This document shows, in pieces, positions 27,211 through 41,643 of a stretch of 64,000 nt of DNA. The notes below the pieces were generated by a model. The model ran no database searches. It was not told the DNA's origin and saw nothing but the letters and a program-made list of their open reading frames with translations. The DNA lies in contig CDROCS010003447.1 of NCBI GenBank assembly GCA_977020255.1, forward strand, positions 62,001-126,000. The letters are read 5' to 3'. How positions within the stretch are numbered: the first letter of the stretch is position 1; the number at the start of each line of letters is the position of its first letter. The translations under genes were made by a program, and so were the position numbers. The DNA comes from Obrimoposthia wandeli (Eukaryota).

Positions 27211-30139
27211 ATAATATCTTTATATGGGATACAGTGTTCAGGTTATGTTTAAATATTAAGTAAATTATATGAGTTAAACCGAAAAATATGAACAAAAAGA
27301 TGCAAGAATTAAAGATTTTATATCTACAAGAACACATCGTACAATGTGTGAATTTCTTTACAGAATATCACATAAAATTTCATCTATTATTATTTGGGAT
27401 TTTATTATTACTTTATAATTTTTTTCGATACTCTTTTACTATAAAAATCGATTTATAATCAAAATTTATTCCATTTAAGTTTATTTTAAGAGTGCAAAAA
27501 ATTAGCCTTAAAAAAATTACTCTATTACTATGCAAAATTAGAGATAACAAAATTAGAGTTTTTTAAATTTTATTTAAGCAAAAATATTTTTTATATAGAA
27601 ACCATCCGGAGCCGAAATAATCTCCTAAAGTAATAATTATTTGTGATTGAAACTTTGGAAATGGCCTGCAAACTTTCCGTTTAATCGGAATAACTCAACG
27701 AGATGATTTCATTTTGAACCCGACTAAACCCCGGCTGGGAAAGATGGTATTAAATGTTGGCCCGGGGTTAAATAACTCACCACTGTGATTGAATCCTCAA
27801 CATCGCTGTAGTGTAGGGAAAGATGAGTCCGGCTTACTTGAATGAGTTAGTTATTATTTTAAGTATATTAACAACACTTTCTATGAATACTTATTATGAT
27901 CTAACTGGTCAAACTTATTTTATTATTCAAAGAATTCTATTATAAATGATTTCTATTAGTAAGCAAATTTAATATCTGGTGAACACCAAAAATTATAAAA
28001 GATTTGCTAGGAAAATAAAAATAAAATTTAAATGCTGAGCCTAGCATACAAATTATTTTACTATTAGCCGTATTTTTATTTCTAATACGTTTTAAAAAAC
28101 ATTTAATATTATTTAGAAATATTACACAATGCAAAAAAGCAAGTTTTTGTTGCTGACTCTTAATGTTTAAAAATTAAAGTGTTATTAAAAGTTAATTGCT
28201 AAATAATATATTGATATTTCCATTATGATTTTGAGGCTAAATTTAGATTTAAAATATCTTTACAAACAATCTCCAGTTGAAATTAAATTTTTATTTGTTA
28301 TTTGAAAACCTTCTGGTAACTGTCTAGCACTATGGTTATTATTTCATTTAAAATTACGAATGCTTTCAAATGAGATTTAATTAATATTATCTGATAACTA
28401 ACTGAGACAATGAAATGAAATTCTCATTTCGAGTTCATCATTAAAATTAATGGTTATTTGTTATATTGAGTTATATAAAACTTCAAAATATAATCAAAAA
28501 CGCTTTATTAATCCCGTAAAATTTTATATATAGTTGTTTTTAATGTTCTGTAAGAGATAAACAGCTAAAAGAATAAGAAAGCGTTCCCCATAAACTTCAG
28601 AATACAAATAAAAATAAGTTGTCACACAATTATATCAAAAAATGAAGATTTAAATTCAGGCAAAGAAATCTGAAAAAAAACTCAAAAAAATCTGAAATTC
28701 AAAATATTATGCATTCATTTGTTCTTGCATTTATATTCATTGCCACCGGTACCGTCTTTTATTGGATCTACATTCGTACTCATACATACTCTCGAGACTC
28801 CTAATTTTACTCGTTCTCGCAAGAGATTTTTATTATTTAAAAAGTTAAAACTATATTGAGATAGTAAGTTGATATTCGAATATGTGAGCAATTTGATTTA
28901 TTTACATATTGAACAATACGATTAAAGATTTGACATTCTCATTTATTGACAAAGATTTCAGAGAACTCTTGATAAAATTTATATGGAAATTAATTTTAAA
29001 AATTCTATAGAAATAGAAAAAGCTATTTTACCAGAATTTTTATGTTTCGAATATATATTTGAATATAAAAATAAAACTACATAATGAAAATATATATATT
29101 TTAAACCGGTTCTTCGAAAATAAAATACTCAGATAATTAAAATATTTTACAAAATATTCAAATTGAGTTGTGTTATCGAACGAGTCAAGGAATTTTATTC
29201 ATTTAAATCTACAGGTTTGTATGAATATGGGAAAATATGTGAAGTAGCACATTTTTAATTGATGTAATTTTCATCATTGATGGCTATTATAAAATTTCAT
29301 AATTTGCTAATAAATTAAAAATTGTATTTTTTCCTTTAAAAATTCACTCTAAAATTATTTTAAAATATTTTCCAAAAATAGTGAAGTTTTTTGATTTATT
29401 ATTAAACATTTTGCTTAATTTTCATTTCTAAAAATTGCATCTTTTATATTCTAAAAAACTTTTGTTGTCAAATTAAAGGGTTATTTTAACCAATATCAAC
29501 GAAATATTTTTCCTTTATTTTAAGTTGTAGTTTCAAACATACTTTTTAATAATAAAAAATGTACGTATCAAATGTAAACAAAAAATCTTCGATATATTTT
29601 AAAATGTTTAATTTTAAAAATGAAAAATATTTTCACTGGAACCTATAAAAATACTCTAAGCTATGGATGATCATGAAGGCATGGTTGAACTCGTATTTTA
29701 TAGACGAACCCAATGATGTTTGTTCCGACTCCGACCTGAGCTTGTGGACGACCATAAAATATGTACATGACTAAACTCTCAATTCTTGGACAAACTCAGC
29801 CATGTTCTTAAACCTGTATAACCGCAACTGTTTTCAAACATTTCAGATATGGTCGACCACACAAAAATAAAATATACCACGAAGAAATTTTTAACATTTG
29901 AGGAAATAAAAAGGAACTAATGATTTATAAAATATTTTCACAATTTTAAAAACCCCGCATACCCTTCTCACACTGTACAAAGAAAGCTTAAATTTATGGT
30001 TTAACGATAACAAATATCGGAAGACGGTCGAATATCAGTAAAAGATTGGCTAATTTTATTATACGAACAGCAAGTAAGATCAAAGAAGTATATGTTAAAA
30101 TATGGTAAACCAAAGAACACTATTTTTTTATAGTTTTAT

Positions 30140-30500
30140 CCTTTCCACATATTGTCTCGGCTTCTATTCATTGAATGGTAAGTACGAAACATCATCTTCT
30201 GTTCTACCTTTATAATTTATATTTACGAGTTTCATTAGACTAAAATTGTATTCTGTAAAATCTTCTTTAAATATGTCTGAACCTGCTTTTTTATTGCACG
30301 TTTCTTGTAATTATCTTGCAAACCTATTATAATTGGAAGATATATTTCTTCCAATCAAATTTGATTTTTAATATGGATTTAGTCCAATCAAATTCAATGC
30401 TTTTGTTATAGTAACCAATGAGATTCATGTCTTTGTTATAAATTAATTATAAAAGGATGCGCCATTGGAGGACAAATCACAGTAAATGCATTTATATCAA
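30140..30500. repeat. Unclassified young dispersed repeat, inverted partner of 7080-7440
   Basis: Reverse-complement match over about 360 bp with few substitutions. Confidence 0.85.
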
Positions 30501-30990
30501 AGACAATTATCAATGAAGGACGATAGCCAACGGATATTAAGCGGCGATGAAGTTTTAGAAATGTTTGAAGAATTGGATAAGGATATGTATGAAGAAATGA
30601 AACAATATTTCAAATACAAAGTCAGATTCTTGAAGAAAGCTCAACTGATTGCTTTAGTAAATCCTGTGACAATTGAAAGAAGAAAGTTTAGCTATTATCT
30701 ATCAAATATTCAAAAACCAGATTTTCAATATCTTAAACAGAAAGTTGAAAGGCAGTTCCAAATTTTACTTTCAATAAGAACGAATTTTATATCCGAGGAA
30801 CCGATACAGCATTTCTAGATGACTATGGAAGAGAAATATATGTTGATGCGTTTCCGAAAAAGAAGCAATGGACTGTAACAATTCGACTTTATGGTTACAA
30901 GAAGGATGAAATTGGAACAAAGTTACCTATGTGGAATATTGATCGTGCTCATATCCCTATGTTTAAACTATTTCCTTTCATTTTAATAAA
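30486..30990 (+). pseudogene. Unidentified coding-like remnant (110-aa ORF plus frameshifted continuation)
   Basis: ORF 30486-30818 continues in another frame as LDDYGREIYVDAFPKKKQWTVTIRLYGYKKDEIGTKLPMWNIDRAHIPMFKLF. Composition is protein-like, but I do not recognise the family. Confidence 0.3.
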
Positions 30991-31574
30991 TTGTAATAAA
31001 TTGTAATTGGTTTTATTCATTTTTACTATGTTTCTTTCATTTAGCAATTAATAATCAGTTTTATTTTTCATAATATTTATATCTTATGTATTTTTTTCTA
31101 AACATTGTTTTTTTTAATCAGTTTCCTTAGTTTAGAATGGATCTTCTTCAGAGATATGTAGAAAATTTTTATTATCCAAAAATAATTTTGAAAAGAAAAC
31201 TATTTCTATGAGACAGGCTAACAAAATGATTATTTCAGATTTTCTCAATAAAATTTTACTCTGATTAAGTTAATAAGGAAATATTTCCAGAATGCGGAAA
31301 ATTTCAGACCAAACAAAATAAAAGTAATAACATAAATATTTTCTATTTGATTCATTTATTACAATAACCAAAACAATTCAGAACATTTGACCGCCCGCCA
31401 GAGATTCTAATATTTTGATTGGCAATGTGAACTTTTACAGAAAGAGGTAACATTTGTCAGACACATTTTGCAGATATGAGATATGAAAGAAGCCTCATTT
31501 ATTGACTATCTAAAGGAGGTTAGAAACCCCAATAACAGAATACTTTATTAACTGTTCATTTAACAATTGACGCT

Positions 31575-31700
31575 GTGGTGCACATTAATAAAAAAGTAAA
31601 TATAAATAATTTTAATGATTTTGACGCAACATTTATGGATGTGGATATTAAAAACTTCTATAGTCAGACCAGTAAACAAATTCCCTTTGTTTATGTTGGC
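31575..31700 (+). mobile_element. Possible Penelope-like reverse transcriptase fragment
   Basis: FMDVDIKNFYS resembles the PLE RT motif (S/F)xD(V/I)xxLY/FYPSI. This single motif is the only support. Confidence 0.25.
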
Positions 31701-33001
31701 CGGATGGCGGGAAAGATCCCAAAGAGAGGGAGAGGGAGACAGTCATTTGGGGGATATAATCCCAACTTAACTCTCATGGGAATTGCAAACTGTGATTATT
31801 TTGCTGGTTTGCTAGACTAATGAATATTGTCGACTAAAGAGGTGTCATTTGGCAATCTAGAATTATCTGCAGTTATGGTGTTCTTTGTACTCGAATGTTT
31901 GACTTGCCAGCTGCTTTAGTTGGTTCAATAATCTTGGGTCAAGTTCGGTTTGTGTGAAGTTGAGCCACGAGTAATATGTATGAGTCTGGCGAATACAGTC
32001 ATGGAAGGTGACGATGTGTAGGTGTATATGAAGAGGGAGGCAGATGCAATATCTGCAGGTCACCATGGTCTCCTCTTCTCCCGCTGCTGATTACGATTGC
32101 TGCTGCAGCGCTCCCTATTCCTCTCTCCGTGCTCGCGATTTGGAGAAATACTCTGGTCACCATATCCCCGTCACTCTATGCATAACTTTCCTTGTTCTGA
32201 GGCAGATTTTCAGATTTAACTGCATACTTAATATTTGTCCCAACAGCGTTTACATTTTCTAGTACTACTTGAGAAAGAAAACTTGGACAAATAAATACCT
32301 TCTAAAGTTGGGCTTACACTGAAAAGTGTATGAAACAAAGAATGATCGATTTTCTTTTTGATTTTTCTCCTAGTTCATGTGTAATTCCTGTGAGCCCTGC
32401 AGGACCGAAGTTGCATATGTGCAATATGAACAAAATCACGAATAGCGTACTAAACATGTTTCTAGAAGTTTCCAATTGAATTATCATTTGATAATAGCAT
32501 CCAATCTAATTTTAGTATTATATACATGGTATTGAAGGTCATATATGCTTTATGTAAGTCATTGCGATTTCTCATGTTAAGCAGTACTTTAAATGTGAAA
32601 ACAGGAACTCTTTTGTAATGTATAACTCTTTCTCCTTACACTTTTGTCGAAACTCTAAGCAAAATTGTTTTTATGATCATAAAATATTTAGAAAAATAAT
32701 TATTTTTCGGAATTTTCGTGTTAAAAAACTTCAAATATGAAATATTTTGAACCTCTTAACTTTTTCTAGAAAGAATAAAAACCAAATTAATTTTGTAATC
32801 CGCTCATTTACTTATCAATACACAAATTAATATTAAAAAATCATGAAAAAGGCATTTTTCTTACATTAGTCTTAAAGGGATTAAATAAAAATGAAATATA
32901 TCTCTTCTCGAAAGGTTTTCGTATGACCTACACAGAAACCTATTAATGTGTCACTGCTTCTCACCCAATGTTTCAATGCTGCTCTACATATGCGTGTGTG
33001 T

Positions 33002-33328
33002 GTATGAGTGTGTCAGATGCTCACCCAGTGAGGTTGTGGTTGTGCCTGTGTGTGTGGGTGTATGAGTGTGTCAGATGCTCACCCAGTGAGGTTGTGGTTG
33101 CGCCTGTGGGTGTGTGGGTGTGTGGGTGTATGAGTGTGTCAGATGCTCACCTAGTGAGGTTGTGGTTGAGTGTGTCAGATGCTCACCTAGTGAGGTTGTG
33201 GTTGGGCCTGTGGGTGTATGAGTGTGTCAGATGCTCACCCAGTGAGGTTGTGGTTGCGACTGTGGGTGTGTGGGTGTATGAGATGGTCAGATGCTCACCC
33301 AATGAGGTTGTGGTTGTGCCTGTGTGTG
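33002..33328. repeat. Variable-length GT-rich tandem repeat with a 36-bp core, six copies, directly after the GPCR stop codon
   Basis: Core GAGTGTGTCAGATGCTCACCCAGTGAGGTTGTGGTT recurs six times between 33002 and 33328. The GPCR TAG is at 33329-33331. Confidence 0.92.
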
Positions 33329-34046
33329 CTATTTGAGACTACTGCTTGCGTGTCGGATAAAGACGCGGTGGCAATGGCAGCGCATCAGCCGCTGGTAGGT
33401 CTGCCGAAAGACGGGGTTGAAAAAATGGTACACGATGGGGTTGAACATGGACCCCGAGTAGCCGACCCACTCGAAGATGAGGAGGATGCGCTCGGCGATC
33501 TCGGAGCTTGATGAGGAGCCGAGCTTGACGAAAAAGTCTACTAGGTAAGTGACAAAGAAGGGCAAGTAACAGAGTACGAAGAGAAGAAAGAGAATGCCGA
33601 GAGTCTGGACGGCCTTGCGAGAACGGTTAATCTGCTTGAGCTGGCGCTCAGATTCTTTCTTCTTGGAGAAGAAGGAGTTGTAGACGTCACCGTTGCTGGT
33701 GTTGGTGGTCTTAGGAGAGCTGGGGTTGCGGAATGAGCGGCGGAGCGATGTAGTGGACGAGGTTAGCGGGTTGGAGAGGATGCGGCAGACGGGGGGCCCC
33801 AGGTTGTCACCGCGGAATGAGACCTGTCTGTGCGGGAGTGAGGCGGGCGGTGGTGTGGATGATGCCGAGGAGTTGATAATGACGGGAGAGGCGATGTCCA
33901 GGTTGGAGGGAGATGGAGATAACAAGATCGACCGGCTCATTGAGTTGCTGGTGATACTGCTGCGATTGTGGGTGGATGAGGCTCGCTGTAGCATTGGTGA
34001 CAGCTCCACCACATCGGATTGGGCTGGCTGTGGTTGGCTCTTGATC
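33329..34046 (-). CDS. HTR2-like: 5-HT2-like aminergic GPCR, last exon (ICL3, TM6, TM7, helix 8)
   Basis: Acceptor CCCCATACAG| at 34046 (phase 2). Encodes ...RKAVQTLGILFLLFVLCYLPFF...EWVGYSGSMFNPIVYHFFNPVFRQTY..., with NPxxY and a C-terminal Cys. Stop at 33329. Confidence 0.93.
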
Positions 34047-37000
34047 CTGTATGGGGATGATTTAGGTCAAGTGAATTTACCTCCATTTATGAAGGTCTGG
34101 CAAAATCTGGGTTATGTGAACTTTGGTCGTGAACACATGAAGATGAAGTGATTGTCAAAACCAGATTTAAACAATCTTAGATATTCAAAATTGAAATGAT
34201 CATAACAGGAAATGCAACATTTTAATTTAAATTCTTTCACCAGTTCGAATAAAGTGTGAGTTATATTCCGACTGAGGGTTTTATTCGAGAACTTTCTTTA
34301 ATTTATGGATCCTATCAAAATAGTTTTCAGTCAAAGAAATTTTCCCACTGACAAAATATTTTGGTTCAGTTTTTGTCGAAATTCTTCCAAAATGTACAAT
34401 TTAGTTAAATGATATTTCAATGTTAAATTTCATAAATTCAAGAAAATTCTTTCAGTAAACATGCTTAGACGATTCGTACTCCATCAACCCCATTAACAAC
34501 TTTGGTAAATTAGAAGTCGTGTCAGAGTATGTTAGCAGACAAATAAACATTCAGAGTAAACTTCAATATGACACAAACTCCTTGATATTTCTACAGAAGG
34601 AAAAACCAGTGTAATTGGAAAAGAAGCACATGCACGGTGAAATTAGAATTAATACTGAAAAACTGTCATAAATCATAGATTAAATTATAAAATAAAATCG
34701 GTAATATATTTAACAATTAATTTACTTAAAAGGACAAAAATTTGAAATGAAAAAAAATTATTTGTTTTTGAAGTCATAAAAATGGAAGGATATTTGTGTC
34801 AAGCTATTCTTCAGCCCAGCTGCTTCAGCCCATGATATCTCAGCATTATTAAATATGAAAATTTATATTCCTACAAGTCATACGAAAAATAGAAGAAACA
34901 AATTGCTGTTTTAAAAACGAATTTATTCCATTAAGAAGATGAAATGTAAAAATTGCTCTAAAGCAGCCTTCTATAAAATGCAATTAAAACTTTCTTTTAT
35001 TTCTCAGATTCTACCCATATTATGAATGGGTTCATAAATTGCGAGTGATTTCTTTCTCTGCATTGTTTCTTCTTCTAAGTATTTTGTAACAATAACTGCC
35101 ATATTTTTAAAGAATAATTTATTTTTACACCTGTTTTATTATTATTTATTTAACTGCAGTCCCTACTAAGCCATATTTCAACCCGACTAATTTACTTTTA
35201 ACGTATTTTAATAAAAAATTACATTAACCTATGAAATACAAACTTCAACTTGACTTTCTTTTTTTCTAAAATTCGTTTTATCATTTATTTGACATTTATA
35301 AACAAATGCTGAAGATTGATAAAATACTATTTACTATTAACAGTAAAATAATGTTTAGCTATTTTTATATGTTCTCAAATCATTTTAAATAACTATTCAT
35401 TATTGTAAAGAAAATTTTATCTTTCTAATTAACAGAATTTTAAATAAATTTCTAAATTAATATAAGAATCAATTTAAATTTAAAAAAAAATTTATCTACA
35501 ACGTAACACTATTGTAAGAATGATTTAAAGTACATATTTCCAATACATACGGATTTTACTTTCCATATTGAGAACATTTCTTTTAATTCTCTTTTATTGT
35601 AAAAGTAAAAATCTTTATAAAAGCCAATGTGAAATTCGCAAATTCGTTATAAGAATATTTTGTTATCCAGGGCGAATCAAAGATAGGGCGTGGAGGGTGT
35701 GTCACGGCCCCCTCCAAATTCTGCATCAAAATCTCTTCATTCGTACTAAGAATTTTACCGTTTCTTAAGCCGACTTTTTCAATTCGATAATTTTGTTGAG
35801 TCCACTCCAAGAAATTGTATGGAACATCATATATTTATATTCTCTTAATTCATGTATTTTGGAATTTTGCTACATCTGTATATAGTTCAATTATCGCAAA
35901 CTCTGTAAGTTCTTCTACCTGCTATACCCATGTATAGTACTAATTTTGTTGTAGAAATTTCAAAAGTGCAATTGAACAGCCACACCCCCTCTTCTAATTG
36001 AACTAGCCACCACTGCCAATGGTTATATATCAATATGTTGAGTTAATATGCACACTCAGACTTGTAGATGAACTTGATATTTCAGTCCCGGCTCAGTCCG
36101 GTGTGGTTCGAGATATGAACGAGTTTGTATCTACAGACTCACCACGACTCATATCCAGATCGCTACAACCGCCGTCGAGATAATTGAGCTTTCTGAGTCG
36201 ATATCTTGAATGACATTAAATTAACTTAGTCGGAGACGATTTCGAAATATGAAATAATCAGCCCGAAACTGAAACTATTATAAGGAATTTATGAAATAAA
36301 CTATTACATATTACTGCAGCTATATATCATCGAGCTCAATGTGAACTGACTTTTAATGTAGAGGTCCATAAACTATTAATATACTTCAAAATAGAAATGA
36401 CTTAGAAAATCTTAGAATGGACGAATAGTGATAAATATAAATTTTATTTCATACATCGTGACAGGAAGTCCATTTCTGAGCGTGCTAGATATCAGTATAA
36501 TGCCAGACAAATGTTTGATCTTTAACTGAGCATTGGGCATGATTGGGCAAATGTACAGGCGTTCCTCAATGTTCCACAAGTTAGACGATTTCGATAAAAA
36601 TCTAGAAGAGTAGTCATGAGCCTTTGAAATTAATAAACAGTGTTCATAGATTTTACTTACTTCAAAAATCAAGTTGTATACCAGTCAAAGTTGAGAAATT
36701 TTGTTGTTGCTTAACTGCTTTTAAATAGTCAAAATTTCAAATGAAATTAATTTTGAAAGAACTTTTGTTACAATTGTGTATAAATGTTATAATTAAAGAT
36801 TAGCTGTAAATTTTTTCATATAAATACTTTTTAATTTCAGAACTTCTGATGCTTTTGGAATCTTTGTAATTAACTTATAATTTGAAATAATACAATCTTA
36901 AACAAGAGTTTTTAATTATTTTTTGTTACTTCATTTATTCTGTATTAAATATATTAAGCAAATATTAAGCACAGATTCATCGTAAACTTATTATTATCAA

Positions 37001-37299
37001 CCTACATTTAAGTGATTAAGATTAAAGGACACCGCTTGGAATTTTCTCTCTGTAAAACAATTCTATTTAAATTAAATGCAACAGCTTTTTTAGAGTTTAT
37101 GTACCAAAATGATTTTTAATTTCATTCATTTCTATAAAATATTTAACTGCGTTCTATATCCGATAGAAGAAAAAATCGTAGTGGAAGAACATCTCCTGAT
37201 ATTGATATCACCGCCAACTGCAGTTATTTCCATGTCTTATCACTTGAAAAAGCGTCATGGGATTCAGATAATACATAAATTAAATTAATTACGAAGAAT

Positions 37300-38990
37300 G
37301 CTAAGAGAAATATGAAAAAAAATAAAAGTCATGTTTAATATTAATTAAAACTTTTAAACACAAACTGGATATTATCAAAATGTTGGGCTTTATTAAATAT
37401 AAAAAATACAGATTTTGCAATATAATTTTATCACATACAACAAAAATTACCAGGGGCCAACAATTATGAGAGTTACTAAAATAAAATAAATATTGTAGCG
37501 ATGGAAAATGTGATAAAATAAAAAGAATAAAAATAAACAAATTAAAAAACGGATCTGATTTTCAAATCACAATCTTGTGACGTTGGCATAAAAAATCTTA
37601 TTTATCTCCAAAATTTGAGGGTTTGTATACCCTTTCATTTACACGATGTGCCCGGGTCTTCCTGTCGGGGCTTTTGATTTAGATTTGTTTAATTGAAATG
37701 GGGTTTGGTCATTAAGATAATTTGCCCACTTAGGTTCCATTGGGTAACCCGTTTGTAGGTGTGTCTGCCTGCTAGTATTGCAAAGTTTAATGTACTTCTT
37801 ATACTATAGGAATTTTTTACCCAAAGGTAGGATTTTGATGAATCGTACATGTTTCAATTGGAAATAATTTATGCTTTAAAATGATGTTTTGTTCATTTAT
37901 GTGCAACTTTTAGATGTCAAGAAATTCTTATTTAAAGTTTAATTAATTGACGTTTTAATTAACAAAAATCACATTTTTGTGAATCTTTCTTAATACGAAA
38001 GTTGAAAATATTTCGAGCATACATGAAATAAATTGATATTTCATTACTAATTTATGTGTAGTTCAGATTTTGAGCAAAGGTTTTTCTTTAAATAGTTATT
38101 CGTAAAAAGGTGAATTTTACATAAAATTAATTAATATTTTAAAGATATTATTCTTTATTGTGGGTCACTTCATAGTATTTTAAAACGTATTTTAATCTGT
38201 ATGCATAACTTAAGCAATTGTTATTTATTTGTTTTATAATTTTTAAGGATAGTTATTTAAATATTTGTTATTTTAATGTTCTTTTAAATTCAACTCTAAC
38301 AAAAAGAATGTTGTAACAAAATCATTTTCATATACTTTAGTTGTTCATATTAATTTTGTAGATATATGGATTAAAACAAGACACTTGAAGATGAATTAAA
38401 AAAGAACTGGGGCTATATTATTTGGATTTACGAAGTGTCATTACAATGAATTGTTAAATTAATAAAGTGATAGCAACATACAACAGTCATAAGAAAATGA
38501 TTTATCCAATAAGAAAAACCTTGCTACTGAGAAAATTGAAATGCTAACGCATGCAATTATTACACCAAGAATTGATTTTCAAAATTCTTTTTTGTTTAAT
38601 AATCCAGTTTATCAATTAAATCGCTTGCAAATCAAAGCAGTCAGAATTAAATTAAAATAAAAGAAAAAGTGCTCGTACAAGTGAATATTTAATGAAGCTC
38701 CATTAGCTGGCCTTTAATGACAGAATTCAACTCCAGATCCTGCTGCAGTGAGCATGTATATGCATCTTAGGAGCAGCAATGACGACTGCAGATTGGCCAA
38801 GAAATTCTCAAATAACAAACAGAGAAAGGGGTTATTTGACAATTTATGCTTTGAATCTTTACAGCAATTCACCGATGAATATAACAAACTTTGAAAGATT
38901 CAAGAAGCAGCTGAAGTCTTTGATATTAAGAAAATACTACGAAGAATAATGGAAAACAGTAAGTGCTTCTGAGAAATAAATCAAAGAAAT
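37300..38990 (+). mobile_element. Decayed L2-clade LINE (RT domain to 3' end) in the GPCR intron
   Basis: MLTHAIITPRIDFQNSFLFNNPVYQLNRLQ (~38540) and the LH.L/NDRIQ segment are the L2 ORF2 tail. A GVPQGS-like remnant is near 37820. Collinear with the copies at 15.7-17.6 kb and 20.2-20.8 kb. Confidence 0.75.
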
Positions 38991-39986
38991 TCATCATATA
39001 TTGACACTGTATTGAAAATACCATTGTATTGTCATAAAATATATGTTCATGTGACAAATGCCACAGCCGTCAACTTTCAGCCTTTCAGGAATGTCATGTA
39101 CACAAAATTTGTACCTCAAAGTCACTAAAGAAATTAATAAATGAAGTGGATGGATTTATTAAAATTATACGATGAACTTTTTCCGATATGACCTTTGAAA
39201 TCCCGAATATATTAAAATAAGTTTATTTAAATTAAGATAAAGATTTTCTGTAATTGCAGCTAATATAATTCCCTCTTTTAACATAGGAAATGTAGGATAA
39301 TTTTGTCTTCTAATCCTTCTGAAAGTCCCCTCAAGACGCTAACAACCTTGTGTCCTTAGCTGTTTAGGCCTACATAGTAACCATAATTTGCGAATAAAAA
39401 TGCAACAGAAAATGATTTGCCCAAGTCTGCAGACATTTTTTGTCATTTCTGACATTTCTCCAAGTTTTAGTTATGTAAACAGTCGCCCTTCTGTGACAAT
39501 TTTCCCCAACGCTGGAATCGGGAATGCTGTCTCAAGCTGAGATCTCATTTGTTGTTTATCAACTGAGATATTCTCTCTCTTTGCATTTTCAACACCTGCA
39601 ACATTCCCACTCGCATGTCACACACACACACACCAACACATTCACCATGTTGCAATCATCCAAGACGGTTTTCTGTAATTCTTTCGCATAGTCAAAGTTC
39701 TGACACTCAACCCTGCAGCTGCCTCTAGGAGCTTATTATCACCTAAATTCAATAAAGCTGCTCTGCAACTGGTCCTTGAACTTACTTGCATTGTAACTTT
39801 AACATGATCAAATATTCATCTAGTCATACTTCTATTTAAATTTAAGTAAAATCAAGTATGTATGATTTTAAAATGATGAAAATGATCATTTATTTCTTTT
39901 AATAAGCAAATTTAAATAGTAGTTTTTAAACTTTATAACCTCTAATGTGATCTTTGGTCTGTTGTCTATTTTTGAATATGTAATAG

Positions 39987-40975
39987 TGTTGAAATTTCTT
40001 TTAAACTGCATCCACGTCTGGAGGCCCCCAACGTGAATTCTCTAGTGATAGGGCTTACATATGGATGGGGCCTACCTATTCTTACTTTACTGGATTTTAG
40101 TCTCAATATCTGAAGGTTTATATGTTTTTGTTCGATGCGGTGTGCAAAGAGTTATGTTTAGGATAACTATTAAGGAACCCTAAAACTAATGTGGCGTAGT
40201 GAGGGTTGTAATTCTGAGCCGATTAGGCTGGTTTGAAATCTAATTCAAAAAGGGTCTGGCTAAACCTAGACCAAAATATGCGAAACAAAGCCAGAAAAAA
40301 GCAACGCTAGCAATGCTTCTCCAATATACCAGGGTTTAACTATTCGCCGAATACACCGGGGCTCGGAACACCGTTACGTGGTTAGCCCTCGGCTATCATA
40401 TAGGCCACTGGGTTCGCAAAATCAACGCAGGGTGACTATTACTAAATGAACTTTCTGATTTTCTGTTGGCATTTATTTTCAAGTCTGGAGTATTCTAAAA
40501 TGACTACAAGATTACATAATAGTAGACACTCTACTACGTGTGGTTTAGTACCAATTGAGTACAATTCAGTCTCGTAATTTAATACTAATAGATTACGGTT
40601 CAATATCGCAATTCAATGCAGATGATTACAGTTCATATTCTTTTATTGTACATTTTCAAAAATGTAACTTAAATTAACTTTCGTCTAATTCTCACCAGTT
40701 AACGTTCTCGTGCGTTCGGGATTCCGATAGTCGTACGTACTCAAAATTCGTTTTCTTGATATTCAGACTCTGATTTCTACGGCTATTTGCACATATTTGT
40801 CTTCCCTATTTACATATTTTTACGAACTCTTCAAGGTCTTCATTTACTCAATATACACACTTAATTTTTATTATAAAACTTATTTATTTTATTTTAATTT
40901 CGATCTTGTATGTTTCGAAGGTTAATTATAAATAATTGCTTTATTTATTTTAGTTTAGTATTTCTTAATCTAACA
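39987..40975 (-). mobile_element. Solo LTR, diverged short member of the Gypsy-type family (copy E, 989 bp)
   Basis: The minus strand starts TGTTAGATTAAG and ends GAAATTTCAACA. It carries the GACCTTGAAG and CACGTTGGGGGCCTCC family motifs. Flanks ATAG/GTAG are a near-perfect 4-bp TSD. Confidence 0.75.
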
Positions 40976-41249
40976 GTAGCATATACAATTTTTGTGATAG
41001 AAAATATAATACAATGATGCAGTAATTAACAAAATTTGACATTTTCACCCCTTCAAATTATTGGTGGTACAAAATCATTTACTCTCTAATTGGTATTTTG
41101 GAAACTTTGGAAATTAATTTTAGGTCAATATACACACGAAGAAGCTTGTGAACGTTAAAGAAACACTTTAAAGTTTTAAAACCTTAAAATAACATTTTAT
41201 TCAAGAATATTGTAAATATTTTTTTACAGATAAAATTAATGCAAATGGT

Positions 41250-41400
41250 TATAAATCAGAAACCAGAAATATCCTACTGACAATATTTGTTTATAAGTTC
41301 CTATGTAAACCTGATAATATAAATTGTGTTGTGGAATCTAACTTCTGAATTATGTCTACGATAGAAAACATAACTGGCGACTACGTTGAAATACATGTAG
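41250..41400 (+). mobile_element. Fragment of a second Gypsy LTR family, matching 51738-51863
   Basis: Shares AATCAGAAACC.GAAATATCCT and GAATTATGTCTACGATAGAAAACATAACTG with the LTR start downstream of the PPT at 51724. 3' boundary unresolved. Confidence 0.6.
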
Positions 41401-41643
41401 TGACGAAAAATAATGCATAGAAGAAACTTCTCGAGACTATGCCAAAAGAGCATAGAATGATGTTTCAGTACAACATAAGAAGATATGAGGGAACGAGTTC
41501 AAAGGAAGGGAATATGTAGAAGAATGGGTCAACGCAAATGGGACTAATATTGTGGATTTTATAGTTTATGTGTTCAATCAGGCTTCGAATAATCGTGTAA
41601 CAGTTAATCAATTCCCTTTGTGGTGGTGGGGCAGAGGACGCAC

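Noticed and set aside
32968-34151. Plus-strand ORFs at 32968-33336, 33218-33511 and 33693-34151
   Set aside because: They come from the GT-rich repeat or are antisense shadows of the GC-rich GPCR exon.
39400-39700. Possible LINE AP-endonuclease remnant (minus strand)
   Set aside because: Only vague resemblance to GDFNA/TW motifs, too degraded to call.
41581-41620. TGTAACAGTT(AATCAATT) as the end of the second-family LTR next to the GPCR donor
   Set aside because: The same motif with similar downstream bases occurs near 13880 and 44510, so it cannot be assigned as an LTR terminus and no TSD could be shown.
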